The notes under the pieces were generated by a model. The model ran no database searches and was not told where the DNA came from. It saw only the letters and a list, made by a program, of their open reading frames with translations. Below, one piece after another: positions 45,309 through 55,854 of a stretch of DNA of 64,000 nt. Position 1 is the stretch's first letter. Each line of letters begins with the position of its first letter. The position numbers and the translations under genes are program-made. The stretch is from IMG/VR virus record IMGVR_UViG_3300033997_000136, positions 124,001 to 188,000 of that record. One strand, 5' to 3'.

Positions 45309-46997
45309 ATGGCTAGTTCAACGATTACTAAAATCATTGCACCATTGAATTTAAAACTACTAAACCTTCGTTCTAAACGAGATGTGCTTCGGATGTTACC
45401 TCGCATCACATCGCAAGATATTTACGAGACAGCCAATAGTACCAATTTCCACTCTGAGGGTTTATTTTCTACGGAGATATTTGGTCGCGTAGGAGACCCT
45501 CGTCGCGATACTCAGTTTGCATGGATTGATTTACGTGCTACTATATTACACCCAGCTACGTTTGACCGTGTGGTTCAGGTCAAAGGTTTGTATGGTGAAA
45601 TCATGGCTGGTAAAGCATATGCCGTGTGGGATGAGAAGGCGAAGGAATTTGTTGCAAGTGACGAATTAGAAGGCGATACTGGGTATCACTTCTTTATCTC
45701 TCATTGGAAAGATATTGTCTTCCCTAAAAGTGAAGACAGTGTGAACACCACACCAGGTGAACAAGATTTAACGACTTTACGTAATCAACGTATTGCTGCA
45801 ATTGACAAATACCGAGACATTGCTCTTATTGACACGATTCCGGTTTTACCTGCTGGTTTACGCGACATTGAAATCGATGAAGTAGGTCGTGTTAATGAAG
45901 GTGAGTTAAACCCAATGTATCGAAGCGTACTTCGGATTGTGAACACAATTTCTGATTCGTACGATAAGAACAATGCAGCGCTTGATAATGCTCGGATGGT
46001 TCTTCAATTAGAAGTGAATGCCATTCACCAATATTGGTTAGACTTGTTGTTTGGTAAAACAGGTTTCTTACAATCAAAATGGGCAAGTCGTAAAATCGTC
46101 AACGGTACACGGAACGTTATCTCTGCAATGAATGCAGTAGTGCACGATTTAGACGATGAAGAAAGCGTAGGTTCAAATGACACGATTGTAGGTTTATGGC
46201 AAGTATCACGCGGATGTTTACCTATCACACGCCCTGCTATTCGTCGTTTCTTAATTGATGATATTTTCTCATCAGCCGACGGTATGATTCAATTAATCGA
46301 TAAGAAGACATTGAAGTTAGTGAGTGTGCAACCCACACCACGTGCGTTTGATGCATGGACAACAAATACAGGGTTAGAGAAACTTATCAATTCTCAAAGT
46401 GTGTTTGAACTTCGTAATCGACCAATACTTGTGGATGACTACTATCTTGCATTGGTTTATCGCCCACGTCGTTCTACTGTCTTTAAAGTGTTTCGTGATA
46501 TCACTACACTCCCTGAAGGGTTTTCTAAAGATGATGTTTACCCTATTACACTCATGGAACTTATCTATTTGTGTAACTATCAGAATTGGAACAAAGTAAA
46601 AGTGTTTATTACACGGTATCCAATCACAGGTGAGGGTAGTATTTATCCAAGTAATGTGCGTGTCGCAACAACCACTCGAAGTGAAAAGCGGTATGAGTTG
46701 GATGATGATTGGGTGACATATAAGTACCCTGATAGCCCAGCATCTGCGTTCCCTGACTTTGAAGAAGGGAAGTACATTGATACGACCATGGTACATCCAT
46801 TCCGTGTAGCGGGACTTGGTGCGGATTTTGACGGTGACCAGACATCCAATAACTTCATTTATACACAAGAAGGTATCGATGAAATTAATACGTATCTGAG
46901 CACTGCAAACGCATACATTGACCCAGCTGGTGGATTTCGCTCAAGTGTAGCGACCGATGTACTCGCACTTGTTTTGCGTAACTCAACAACATTGTAG
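45309..46997 (+). CDS. Virion RNA polymerase, beta-prime N-terminal subunit (phiKZ gp180-like)
   Basis: GLFSTEIFGR, PVLPAGLRD, GFLQSKWASRKIVNGTRNV, TRYP, and the catalytic GADFDGD motif. Confidence 0.92.
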   Translation: MASSTITKIIAPLNLKLLNLRSKRDVLRMLPRITSQDIYETANSTNFHSEGLFSTEIFGRVGDPRRDTQFAWIDLRATILHPATFDRVVQVKGLYGEIMAGKAYAVWDEKAKEFVASDELEGDTGYHFFISHWKDIVFPKSEDSVNTTPGEQDLTTLRNQRIAAIDKYRDIALIDTIPVLPAGLRDIEIDEVGRVNEGELNPMYRSVLRIVNTISDSYDKNNAALDNARMVLQLEVNAIHQYWLDLLFGKTGFLQSKWASRKIVNGTRNVISAMNAVVHDLDDEESVGSNDTIVGLWQVSRGCLPITRPAIRRFLIDDIFSSADGMIQLIDKKTLKLVSVQPTPRAFDAWTTNTGLEKLINSQSVFELRNRPILVDDYYLALVYRPRRSTVFKVFRDITTLPEGFSKDDVYPITLMELIYLCNYQNWNKVKVFITRYPITGEGSIYPSNVRVATTTRSEKRYELDDDWVTYKYPDSPASAFPDFEEGKYIDTTMVHPFRVAGLGADFDGDQTSNNFIYTQEGIDEINTYLSTANAYIDPAGGFRSSVATDVLALVLRNSTTL

Positions 46998-47005
46998 GGT
47001 TTTTT

Positions 47006-50000
47006 ATGAAATCATATTTACAGCGAATTGAAGAATTGTTACAAGGCGATATTACCCTTGAAGCAAAATACTTCAAAGAGTTTTACCGTGTGTACGGTAT
47101 TCGCAATCAAAGCATGTTGATATCACCAAAAGTTTCACCTATCAGTGCGTTTGAAATGCCTTTGGAATCCGTGGCACACCATTTTAGCTTTGATGATGTG
47201 TTGTTAGGTCCTGAGCCAAAAGGCAGTGTGTATTCTACAAATAGTGGTCGTGTATTGATTGAGCATATCTCTGCACTTCACGACCCTGTTGGAAAACCGC
47301 TACCTGCACCAGGTGCAAATGCTGAACGACTGGCACGTGATTATCATCGTCGAGTAAAAGTGTTTCGTCCAGCGCAAGACTTTGAACGGAGTCTTCGTGA
47401 TAACAAAACTCTGGTGGTAGAGAACTATGCACTTTTAAACAAGTTGTATCGTTATCAATTATCCGTGTATAGCAACATCTACAAATGGACAAACATCTTA
47501 CGTGCTGCTTTCTTTAACCTCGGTAAGAAAGTACCGATGTCAGATAGACAGCACTATGTGTTTTTAGAGTTACCAGCCATTATTCCAGATATAGTGATGT
47601 TAAATCAATCATCTGGTGCCATTACTGCGATTAAGCGGGAGTTCTTAGAAGTCTTCTCAAAACCAGAAGCGTTAATGATTCTGGAACTTTGGAAATGGAT
47701 GGGGAAACCTATCAAGCAAAAAGTAGACGGAAAAGAAACGGTTGGTCCTCGTCCGAGTGTGTTTGATTACATTGCACCTGAGCAGTTAGCAAAGATTAAC
47801 TTGGTCTGGTTAGACAATGGAAACTGGATACTTTTAAACCTGGGTACATTTGTTGAATTGTCGAAGATGGACAAAGGTGAAGAGATTGAAGGGAGTAACA
47901 CCGTTCAACGTCGTTTCCTTCGCATGTTAATCATGTTGATGAGTCAACGTGTGGATGTCACTGAAACTGCCACTGATATTGAATCAACGATTGACGCGGA
48001 TGTTGCAAAAGAAGACATCGTTGAGACCAAACATGTTGTTCGTGATGCACTCAAATCTATCGAAGCTAACCCGTACGATGATTCCGATTTACCTAATTTG
48101 GATATCGTTCAGGATGAACAATTGGTTAGCGTTGATGATGTTAAATCAAAAGAACAGCAACAAATAGATGAAGAGATTGAAATCCAAAAAGATTTAGATA
48201 TGCTTCGTCGGTTAAATGAGCGTAAGTTAGCACCACAAGCTCAGACAACTATTGTGGATGTTGTTCAACCTCCTAAAACTCCTATTGAACGTTTGAATCG
48301 TAAAATAGAAGACAAGGTTGAGAAGGGTGAATTAACTGCAGCAGAATATCGTCGTGCTAAGAAATTATACGACAACATGCTTGCACTGGACAACCCATTT
48401 GGTGATGGAAAGTTACAAGACTTTATTGTTGTTTTTGAAGAGTTGAAACAGATTACTGAAGAAGAGTCTGTAAAACGTATTAAGAACATTCGTGGTGTTG
48501 TTGACAAATCCATGTTAAAAAGCCGTGTAGATGTCTTTGATAAGAAGTATGTCACACAAGTCATGGAACGACATATTGCTGCAACGATGCTGTCTGTGCA
48601 AGGCGCTGGTCTTATCGCTACTGATTTATCAGTTGAAGAAGTAGTAGATGTGGGTAACCGTTATAAAACGTTACGCCTTCGTCTTTCACCATTAGAAGGT
48701 GAAGGTAGCACTATTGTTGCTCGCATCCCTGTTGTAGACGATGAGGGAACGTTCTTAGCCAACGGTACGAAATGGCGGATGAAGAAGCAAAAAGCGGATA
48801 TCCCTATTCGTAAGACAAGTCCTGTTGAAGTTGCTTTGACAACGTACTATGCAAAAGCATTTGTACATCGTTCTGTGAAAAGTGTAGTCAACTATCCAAA
48901 GTGGTTAAATCGTCAGATTAACTTACTGGAGATGGCAGACAAAGGTGCGGTGAAAATAACGCACGTTAAACGGATTAACACGTTTGTAAACGATGTGACG
49001 TTACCTCGTATCTACACCACACTTTCTATGTCCTTTAAAGAGTTGACTATTGACAAAGACTTACGTTTGTTTGTTGATTATCAACATCGCTTTACAGAGT
49101 TTGGTCAGTCGTTTGTCGAGTCTGTTGAGCGAGAAGGGTTTGTGTTTGCTGGGACACTTAAAGGCAAACCAGTTGTTGTTGACTTTGTAAACATGTTTTA
49201 CGTCGTTGATAATAATCAATTGCTTGAACTAGGTTCATTTGAAAGTCTTCTGAAAGTATCGGAACAAAGCGTTCCTACTGAAGTTGCTGAATTTAGTTTG
49301 TTCACTCGCCAAGTTCCTGTGGGGATTGTACTGGGGTATCGTTACGGGTTAATCAATTTACTTGGTTTATTGAATACTCCGTTTCGCCGTGTGTTAAGTG
49401 GTCAACAGTTAAACCTTGCTGCAAATGAATTTGCTATTCGCTTTAGCGATGAAACCTTAATTGTTTCTCGCGTTGACAAGAAAGCGGAACTTATTCTTGC
49501 GGGATTGAATCGCTATCATGCGTCAATTAAACACTACACGTTGGAGTCGTTTAACAACCCTGATGTGTTTGTTAACGTGCTTGAAGAAAATGGTTTCCGT
49601 ATTGGTTTTGTTCGGGAACTTGATTTAGCTTTTGACATGTTTGTTGACCCTGTAAGTGCTGACATTCTGATATCAATGAATGAACCCACTACGTTGGAAG
49701 AACTGTTGTTACGTTCGTGTGAATTGTTAACTACAGATGCACATCCTGACGAAGTGGATGAATACGCGATGCGTTATCGTGGTTATGAGCGTTTTGCAGG
49801 TCATCTGTACAAAGAGTTGGTTTCTGCTACGCGTCAATTCCGCAGTCGTGGTATTGGTAAAGCAGCAAAACTGAGTATGAACCCAGAAGCGGTTTGGCAG
49901 TCTATCATTGGTGACAGTTCTTGTTCACCGATTGAAGAGAGTAATCCGGTTCAAAACACAAAAGAGAAGGACATCTTTACGTTTGGTGGTACTGGTGGTC

Positions 50001-51355
50001 GTTCTACTCGGAGTATGGTGAAACGTACACGTGCGTATCACAAGAACTCACCGGGGATTGTATCTGAAGCATCAACAGACAGTGGTAGTGTAGGTGTAAA
50101 CGCGTACTTGGCTGCTAATGCGTTATTAACCGATGTGACAGGACGTCCTGACCAGAGTGCAAATAAGAAACTTGAGAGTAGTAACCTGTTTAGTACAACA
50201 GCATTGTTGTCACCTTGTATTGAACACGATGACGCCAAACGAATAGTTTTCGCTAACATTCAGTATTCACATGCGGTTGCGTGTTCTGGATATGAAGTGT
50301 CTCCATTCCGTACAGGAGAGGAGAAAGCGATTGCTCACCGAGTCGGTTCTTTGTTTGCAGGTGTTGCTGAAGAAGATGGTGTCGTCACTGAAGTAAGTGA
50401 CCATGCTGTGGTGGTTGAATACAAAGGTGGTAAAAAGAAATCATTTGAAATTGGAACACGATTTGGTAATGTGACAGGAACCACTGTACCTCACCGTCTT
50501 GTGACTGATTTAAATGTAGGTGATAAAGTAGATATGGGTGATGTAGTGACGTTTAACCAAGGGTTCTTTAAACGAGACCGGTTAGACAAACGTCAATGCA
50601 TGATGATGCCAGGTGTTCTTGCAAAGGTGGCTATTCTTGAAAAGAATAGTACATTTGAAGATGCGTGTGTAATCTCTCCACGTCTTGCTGGGTTGTTTAA
50701 AACCGAACTCACTGAAATTCGTTATATCACTGTACGTTTTGACCAACAGGTTAATAACTTAGTTCGTGTGGGTGCACAGGTAGACCTTGAAAGCATCTTA
50801 TGTACAATTGAAGACGCTGTCACTGCTGATAATGACTTATTTACTGCGGATAACATTGATTTGTTAACCACATTAGCAGCGCAAGCTCCTAGTGCAAACG
50901 TGAAAGGTCGTGTAGAACATATTGAAGTGCTCTATCACGGTGACGTAGAAGATATGGGTGAGTCTATTCGTAAGCTGGTTGATGAAAGTGATAAACAGCG
51001 TAAACGAAAAGCAAAACAGCTCAATGAACCTATTGTTACAGGTGCTGTAGATAGTTCGATTAAAGTAAATAAACAACCTGTTGAGTTAGATACTGCTGTG
51101 ATAAAGATTTACATCACAAAAGAAATCGACGCAGGGTATGGTGATAAAGGTGTTTTAGGTAATCAGATGAAAACGATTATCTCTGATGTAATGATAGGCG
51201 AACATGTCTCTCAGCGCACAAAAACTCCTATCGACATTTATTTCTCGTACTTGTCTATCGCTGCTCGTATCGTGGGGTCACCCGAGTTAATTGGAACCAC
51301 CATCACATTGTTAAAACTCATGAGTCCACGTGTGGCTGATGCTTATTTTGAATGA
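47006..51355 (+). CDS. Virion RNA polymerase, beta N-terminal subunit (phiKZ gp178-like)
   Basis: 1449 aa; NGTKWRMKKQ, GGTGGRS, PCIEHDDAKR..FANIQ, FEDA, GDK..GNQMK RpoB motifs. Confidence 0.92.
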   Translation: MKSYLQRIEELLQGDITLEAKYFKEFYRVYGIRNQSMLISPKVSPISAFEMPLESVAHHFSFDDVLLGPEPKGSVYSTNSGRVLIEHISALHDPVGKPLPAPGANAERLARDYHRRVKVFRPAQDFERSLRDNKTLVVENYALLNKLYRYQLSVYSNIYKWTNILRAAFFNLGKKVPMSDRQHYVFLELPAIIPDIVMLNQSSGAITAIKREFLEVFSKPEALMILELWKWMGKPIKQKVDGKETVGPRPSVFDYIAPEQLAKINLVWLDNGNWILLNLGTFVELSKMDKGEEIEGSNTVQRRFLRMLIMLMSQRVDVTETATDIESTIDADVAKEDIVETKHVVRDALKSIEANPYDDSDLPNLDIVQDEQLVSVDDVKSKEQQQIDEEIEIQKDLDMLRRLNERKLAPQAQTTIVDVVQPPKTPIERLNRKIEDKVEKGELTAAEYRRAKKLYDNMLALDNPFGDGKLQDFIVVFEELKQITEEESVKRIKNIRGVVDKSMLKSRVDVFDKKYVTQVMERHIAATMLSVQGAGLIATDLSVEEVVDVGNRYKTLRLRLSPLEGEGSTIVARIPVVDDEGTFLANGTKWRMKKQKADIPIRKTSPVEVALTTYYAKAFVHRSVKSVVNYPKWLNRQINLLEMADKGAVKITHVKRINTFVNDVTLPRIYTTLSMSFKELTIDKDLRLFVDYQHRFTEFGQSFVESVEREGFVFAGTLKGKPVVVDFVNMFYVVDNNQLLELGSFESLLKVSEQSVPTEVAEFSLFTRQVPVGIVLGYRYGLINLLGLLNTPFRRVLSGQQLNLAANEFAIRFSDETLIVSRVDKKAELILAGLNRYHASIKHYTLESFNNPDVFVNVLEENGFRIGFVRELDLAFDMFVDPVSADILISMNEPTTLEELLLRSCELLTTDAHPDEVDEYAMRYRGYERFAGHLYKELVSATRQFRSRGIGKAAKLSMNPEAVWQSIIGDSSCSPIEESNPVQNTKEKDIFTFGGTGGRSTRSMVKRTRAYHKNSPGIVSEASTDSGSVGVNAYLAANALLTDVTGRPDQSANKKLESSNLFSTTALLSPCIEHDDAKRIVFANIQYSHAVACSGYEVSPFRTGEEKAIAHRVGSLFAGVAEEDGVVTEVSDHAVVVEYKGGKKKSFEIGTRFGNVTGTTVPHRLVTDLNVGDKVDMGDVVTFNQGFFKRDRLDKRQCMMMPGVLAKVAILEKNSTFEDACVISPRLAGLFKTELTEIRYITVRFDQQVNNLVRVGAQVDLESILCTIEDAVTADNDLFTADNIDLLTTLAAQAPSANVKGRVEHIEVLYHGDVEDMGESIRKLVDESDKQRKRKAKQLNEPIVTGAVDSSIKVNKQPVELDTAVIKIYITKEIDAGYGDKGVLGNQMKTIISDVMIGEHVSQRTKTPIDIYFSYLSIAARIVGSPELIGTTITLLKLMSPRVADAYFE

Positions 51356-53010
51356 GGGAAAGTATGATTACGCAACAAGCAATTGAAGCTGTACAAAATG
51401 CTGCGGACAACTTACTGGGGGCAGGCTTTAAAGCCTGCCCCATCGTAGGAACTCCGTTGGCTGATTTAGTCTCACGTAGCCAAAACGTTGCGACGGTGGG
51501 GACGTCTATTCCATTAGAACGTTTAGTGGAAGCCACATCTATTCCGCTTTCAGAAGGTGGTCCATCAGCACACGATGTGTTCATGGAGAAGACGGTTGAA
51601 GTTGCCGGTAAAGTCGTTACCAATTCATTTGAGTTGACTCGTAATGTCATCACTCCTCTGGTAAAACAGTTGATTGAAAACTACGAAGCAACGTTAGGTG
51701 GTTTGGTGTATGATGTATTGCCACCGGCACGCATTTTACCTAATATCTGGAGCAGCATTTGGAGCAGCACACTGTTAGCAGAAATGGTAGCGAAGTTCAA
51801 AGACGTTCCATTGGAACTTCGTCCATTTGGTGTGAAGATGCCTGAAATGACAGCAAGTCAAATCAGAGCCATGTTAAAGACACGCATTTCACTTTTGGAT
51901 GCGTCTATTGAAAAGTGGTTCGATGACTTACCTGAAGACTTTGTTCACGAAACATGGACTCAGGTGTTTGTTTATCAAAACATTGCTATTGGTCGTCGTA
52001 CGAACTCAAAGTTCTCTTTGGATTCGACTACATTAAATCGTGATTCTATCTTGTTGGTGTATTTCATCAGTAAAGGTATGGAACAGGCGTTACCAGATGG
52101 TTTGAATGTAAGTCTCGATGCACTTCGCAAAGAACTGGTTCATTTACAAAACCAAGCTGCTCGCGCTGTGGCTCAGGAATTAGCATTCCGTGAAACCATT
52201 CAACGTTCGAATCTACTGGTTGCTTATGTGAATAAGACACCAAACAAAGACGGTTCAACGACGTACGATGTTGTGGTTAATAACGATGTCTATCTGAAGT
52301 TCTTAAGCGACCCTATGGGTAGTGCGGAAGCTATTTTGGGTAGTGCAGCATCAGGTGATGGTGTGTACATGTATTCTGCTTTGTTGGAAAACAAAGTGAA
52401 GTACGAAAACTTCTGGGCGAAAGCTTTAGGTGTGCATAATCAAAAGATTGCAGCGAACCGTTTCACGTTCCAACGCGATTCCTTGCGTTTAACGTTTAAC
52501 CGTTACATCAACAGTCAAGATGAAGCGAATCTTCCAGCGGTACGTGCTTATTTGCATGAGCGTGCAGCAAGCTTCATCAATAAACTGGAACCACGTGATG
52601 TTGTTGACCCAGTTGTCTGTATCCGCGATTTAGTGTGCTGTATTTTGTTTGCAGATAGCAACGCAGGTCAATTCTACAAATCGTTTGACCAGGTGGAGCT
52701 TGAAAATCCAAACATCAACACGCGTGAATGTGCGCTTTACGCAACGATTGATTTAGTGAGTCGTTGGTTAGCCTCACAAATCCTTCGCAAGTCAGCCAGT
52801 GAGAAAACTGAAGTCCCTGAAGACGGACGTTACCTTACTGTGTGTACGTTGTCGAATGCGATTACGTTGGGTGTGAAGATTATTCAGTCTATTGCAGGCA
52901 ATGAAATCAGTGACAGTACCGGTGGTAAGTTTGTTGACACAGACGAGCTACGTGTTACGTTTACTGCAAAACTGAACAGTTATGTTCACGTTGAGCACAG
53001 CACCAAGTAA
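51352..53010 (+). CDS. Virion structural protein (phiKZ gp177-like)
   Basis: Synteny between the vRNAP beta gene and the protease gene; ATGA overlap. Confidence 0.6.
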   Translation: MRESMITQQAIEAVQNAADNLLGAGFKACPIVGTPLADLVSRSQNVATVGTSIPLERLVEATSIPLSEGGPSAHDVFMEKTVEVAGKVVTNSFELTRNVITPLVKQLIENYEATLGGLVYDVLPPARILPNIWSSIWSSTLLAEMVAKFKDVPLELRPFGVKMPEMTASQIRAMLKTRISLLDASIEKWFDDLPEDFVHETWTQVFVYQNIAIGRRTNSKFSLDSTTLNRDSILLVYFISKGMEQALPDGLNVSLDALRKELVHLQNQAARAVAQELAFRETIQRSNLLVAYVNKTPNKDGSTTYDVVVNNDVYLKFLSDPMGSAEAILGSAASGDGVYMYSALLENKVKYENFWAKALGVHNQKIAANRFTFQRDSLRLTFNRYINSQDEANLPAVRAYLHERAASFINKLEPRDVVDPVVCIRDLVCCILFADSNAGQFYKSFDQVELENPNINTRECALYATIDLVSRWLASQILRKSASEKTEVPEDGRYLTVCTLSNAITLGVKIIQSIAGNEISDSTGGKFVDTDELRVTFTAKLNSYVHVEHSTK

Positions 53011-53023
53011 GTAAGGAACAAGT

Positions 53024-53752
53024 ATGGACTTAAAACAGTATAAGCGTGACGGTGCTAAGATTCATGCTTGTTTACTCGAACAAAGCGATGGTCATCAGAT
53101 CATCGCTAAACGGGATGTAAAGATTTACATCCCTACTCGTTTTCGAGATAAGAATCTTGCAACCATCGGGAGTGATATTTTTATCTTGGGTATTTACCTT
53201 ATTACAACGGAAGACGAATCGGGTAAGTATTACGCAGTTGAAGTGACCGATGCAATGATGCAAATCGAACCATCTAATGTAAATACAGTAACATTGGCTG
53301 GGGTGGAGATGTTTGAATTTGAATTCTTCAAAGGGGATGTTGTGGTCAGCAATACGCAGTTGGTTCAAAATGCGAAATTGTTGTATTACATCTTTGAAGA
53401 GTTTGTGGGTAAAGGAAACGTTCCGCCGTACATGAACTACATCGATATGTGTCGTACATTTTCTACAGCCACTAAACATGCCGGAGTGGTCTTATCCAGT
53501 ACACCCACCATACTGGAGATGCTCATTTCCATGATAGGTCGCGATCCAAAAGCACCTATGACGTATTTCCGCCAAATCACAAATGGTAAAGATTTTGATA
53601 ACGTGTTGTTTGTTCCACTTCGAAGTCCTATCTTTGGAGCAACAAACGCAACTGCAAAACTACTTGGTGCGTATCCGAATGATGCGATGACAAGTATTCT
53701 TGTAACAGAGTCAACCAATGTGGAAGATATTGAAACCATTCTGAGGGTATAG
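53024..53752 (+). CDS. Conserved phiKZ-like protein (gp176-like)
   Basis: KIYIP.RF, FVGKGNVP.YM.Y, ATNATAKLLGAY motifs; synteny. Confidence 0.65.
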   Translation: MDLKQYKRDGAKIHACLLEQSDGHQIIAKRDVKIYIPTRFRDKNLATIGSDIFILGIYLITTEDESGKYYAVEVTDAMMQIEPSNVNTVTLAGVEMFEFEFFKGDVVVSNTQLVQNAKLLYYIFEEFVGKGNVPPYMNYIDMCRTFSTATKHAGVVLSSTPTILEMLISMIGRDPKAPMTYFRQITNGKDFDNVLFVPLRSPIFGATNATAKLLGAYPNDAMTSILVTESTNVEDIETILRV

Positions 53753-53754
53753 CC

Positions 53755-54513
53755 GTGGCTGCTAAAGTAATTTTTGAAAACTTGATTTTGAAAGGGATGA
53801 ACAAGGGTGGTACGTTAAAGCCTGATGAAAAGGGCTATTACCCTTGTGTCGTTGGTGTGTTGGGTGCTGACGATTCTATTGGTGAACACTACTCGATTAA
53901 CGACCGTGTACGACAGGTGTTTGCAAATTCATCTCAGTTGAACCGTCGTGCAGCAGAAGGATTGTTGCGTGGTGAGTTTGGTCATCCAGACCCGATGCAG
54001 TATGCAAACCAGTTGGCTTTTGAAATTCGTGTTCGTCGTATCGATGAAAAATCTGAATCGCATCACATTCGTAAAGTGTGGTTAGAAGAAGGTGAAATCG
54101 ATGGACGTAAAGTCACGTTGATTATGGCCGATGTGCGACCACAAGGTCCGTACGGTAAGTTCTTAAAAGACGCATTGGACAACCCGGATTGTAATGTTGC
54201 ATTCTCTGGTCGCTATTACAGTAATCCAAGCAAAGTGGGTAATAAAGTCTATCGTGAGATTTATGCGGTAGGTACGTTTGATTATGTCACTGAACCTGGT
54301 CTACGTGGTAGCACAAAATACAACTCACCTCAGTTGCAATCTGCGTCTGTTCTGATGTTAGACATACATCAGATTCAATCGATTGTGGGTGCTGAAAAGT
54401 CAATGAGTTCTCAGCTACGGCAACAAACGATGCAATCAGGTGGTTTGACTGCGCAGCAGCTTTATGGTGATATTGTTCCGCAACACAAACCACGTAAAGC
54501 TTTAACATTCTAA
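53755..54513 (+). CDS. Prohead (head maturation) protease, phiKZ gp175-like
   Basis: LKPDEKGYY..VG, LRGEFGHP (catalytic His), AFSGR (catalytic Ser region), FDYVTEPG. Confidence 0.88.
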   Translation: MAAKVIFENLILKGMNKGGTLKPDEKGYYPCVVGVLGADDSIGEHYSINDRVRQVFANSSQLNRRAAEGLLRGEFGHPDPMQYANQLAFEIRVRRIDEKSESHHIRKVWLEEGEIDGRKVTLIMADVRPQGPYGKFLKDALDNPDCNVAFSGRYYSNPSKVGNKVYREIYAVGTFDYVTEPGLRGSTKYNSPQLQSASVLMLDIHQIQSIVGAEKSMSSQLRQQTMQSGGLTAQQLYGDIVPQHKPRKALTF

Positions 54514-54523
54514 CGGAGTTTAC

Positions 54524-55234
54524 ATGGGTGGTCCAACAAAACGAGATGTTATCAGTGCACTTCCTATTTTAACTCGGGATGTTGTTGATGTATTTACACC
54601 TGAGGAAGTAGGATATCCTGTATTGATACACATCAGTCATGATGCGTCTATCAAGAAGTTTATCCCACGGATATCAGGTCGGACAATGTCCGCTGAAGAT
54701 AAAACTGTTCCTCGTGTTAGTGTAGCACCCAGTATCTCTGAATGTGTAGCAGGTCATGGGTCTACGGATTGGTTCCATATTGACAACGGAGACTTTAACA
54801 AGCTCTGGCAGATTTATGGATTTGATTACGAGTATGCAGTTCAACCAAAGACGTCGTTGTTACCTGATGGTGCGGTTACAAACGAATATTGGTTAGTTAC
54901 GTACAACAAAGCGACAACTGAATACGTTCCGAAAAAGATAGGAACGTTTTTCTACTCGGCAATTACATACCGGAAGATTACGAAAGTAGTCGAATTCGAT
55001 ATGTACATTAACGCAGGGGAAAACGGGATTCGTTTTAGTGATGAAGTTTTCTTAGAGAAAGGATACTGGTTTATTAAAGGGAAGTTAGCGAAGAAGACGG
55101 TGAAGAAAGTAATGGCAGGTAAACCACTTGAGGTATTGGCTATGCGTCCTTCATCTAAATCTGAGTTTGACAAAGAACATCACGGGTTGTTTACGTTTCA
55201 ATCTGTAGGTGCGCGATTATCCTTGAATTGGTAG
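54524..55234 (+). CDS. Virion head protein (phiKZ gp174-like)
   Basis: LIHIS..KFIPRI..R...EDKTVPRVSVAP.I..C..G..E.WL motifs; Trp C-terminus. Confidence 0.7.
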   Translation: MGGPTKRDVISALPILTRDVVDVFTPEEVGYPVLIHISHDASIKKFIPRISGRTMSAEDKTVPRVSVAPSISECVAGHGSTDWFHIDNGDFNKLWQIYGFDYEYAVQPKTSLLPDGAVTNEYWLVTYNKATTEYVPKKIGTFFYSAITYRKITKVVEFDMYINAGENGIRFSDEVFLEKGYWFIKGKLAKKTVKKVMAGKPLEVLAMRPSSKSEFDKEHHGLFTFQSVGARLSLNW

Positions 55235-55239
55235 ATAGT

Positions 55240-55267
55240 ATGGATAACGGGTTATACCGTTATCCAT
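55240..55267. terminator. Terminator hairpin
   Basis: ATGGATAACGG-GTTATA-CCGTTATCCAT followed by CTTTT. Confidence 0.75.
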
Positions 55268-55286
55268 CTTTTATGCCGTTTTATAA

Positions 55287-55350
55287 AAATTTAAAAACCT
55301 ATATAATGGTTTTGATATGATAAATAGAAAACCCCACGGAGATTGCTATG
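55287..55350 (+). promoter_or_regulatory. Putative early promoter plus leader
   Basis: AAATTTAAAAACCTATATAATGGTTTTGATATGATAAATAGAAAACCCCACGGAG, aligning with 20860-20912. Confidence 0.55.
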
Positions 55351-55785
55351 TCTAACCCAACTATTCAAACCATCGAAAACATTTTATCCAAAGGTGCACT
55401 GGCTGTTGTAAACTTAAGTTTACTGGATGGCTTAGAGCGTAGTCAACCTTTGTTCATCACTATCGGTAACCCACAGCACTGGGATTGCCCTGAGTTCATT
55501 ATTCAAGGTTGTGAGAGTGCGATTGACGCAACCAAAGCAGCACGCGTTGCGGCAGAGTCATGGGTGCGGGCTAATCAAACGAAAGGTCAGTTCAGTGGTG
55601 TGAGTAAAGAAAACGTGTACTTTAACTTTACTCCTGAATCAACCAGCACTACGTTTGCTGAACATGTGGATGATGCTGAAGTACAAGCGTTGTATCATAC
55701 CTACGTTCGCCCTAAACGTTTAAAGCCAACTGAACCTGTTGTCCGTTTAACAGTGTCTATTATCGCTACCGCGCAAGACCAATAA
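55348..55785 (+). CDS. Hypothetical early protein
   Basis: GGAG RBS; follows the promoter motif. Confidence 0.65.
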   Translation: MSNPTIQTIENILSKGALAVVNLSLLDGLERSQPLFITIGNPQHWDCPEFIIQGCESAIDATKAARVAAESWVRANQTKGQFSGVSKENVYFNFTPESTSTTFAEHVDDAEVQALYHTYVRPKRLKPTEPVVRLTVSIIATAQDQ

Positions 55786-55791
55786 GCATAC

Positions 55792-55817
55792 AAGAGAGTG
55801 GGTTAACCCACTCTCTT
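55792..55817. terminator. Perfect 26-bp palindrome / terminator
   Basis: AAGAGAGTGGGTTAACCCACTCTCTT followed by a T-tract. Confidence 0.75.
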
Positions 55818-55854
55818 TTTATTTCTTTTTAATTAAAAATAAGAGAATACAACT

